A stretch of 26,467 bases of DNA from a virus (lineage: Duplodnaviria; Heunggongvirae; Uroviricota; Caudoviricetes): IMG/VR virus record IMGVR_UViG_2654588181_000005, positions 1 to 26,467 of that record; one strand, written 5' to 3'. Position numbers and translations under genes: made by a program. Shown here piece by piece: positions 26,447 to 26,467 of this stretch; position 1 is the stretch's first letter, and the number at the start of each line of letters is the position of its first letter. Under the pieces are notes generated by a model. The model did no database searches. It was given only the letters and a program-made list of their open reading frames with translations, and was not told the DNA's origin.

Positions 26447-26467
26447 CAAAAGAGTGGGTTATCGTAG

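Larger units (their letters stand above)
1..26467. mobile_element. Mosaic defective prophage: Rac-like early/immunity region joined to a P2/e14-like baseplate and tail-fibre module, with cargo genes
   Basis: Integrase at the left edge, then recET, racR/ydaS/ydaT, replication genes, a Q-like region, baseplate and tail-fibre genes. No lysis, terminase, portal, capsid, sheath or tape-measure genes are present. Confidence 0.85.

Noticed and set aside
1-26467. CRISPR arrays, tRNA or rRNA genes, and IS transposases
   Set aside because: No short direct repeats with regular spacers, no cloverleaf-like conserved tRNA stretches and no transposase-like ORFs were recognised; the terminal 11-bp inverted repeat is not accompanied by a transposase.

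Overview
The window reads as one mosaic, largely defective E. coli-type prophage. Left to right: a Rac-like integrase and early-left operon on the minus strand (int, xis, ydaC, lar, recT, recE, racC, ydaE, kilR, ydaF, ydaG); the racR repressor flanked by mirror-image promoter/operator elements; ydaS-ydaT and replication-region genes on the plus strand; an accessory island in the nin-equivalent position (G11 tract, KilA-N gene, hok type I toxin); a Q-like region with a frame disruption; then, with no lysis, terminase, head, sheath or tape-measure genes, a P2/e14-like baseplate and tail-fibre module (V, W, J, I, H, tfa); a degraded side-tail-fibre gene; and an AT-rich trimeric autotransporter adhesin cargo gene at the right end. 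The strongest candidate for an undescribed system is a low-GC, self-contained cassette (own ribosome-binding site and terminator) inserted between the baseplate W and J genes, encoding a 386-aa protein with a PD-(D/E)xK nuclease motif. All calls come from reading the sequence and recalled protein families; no database search was run, and DUF numbers are from memory.
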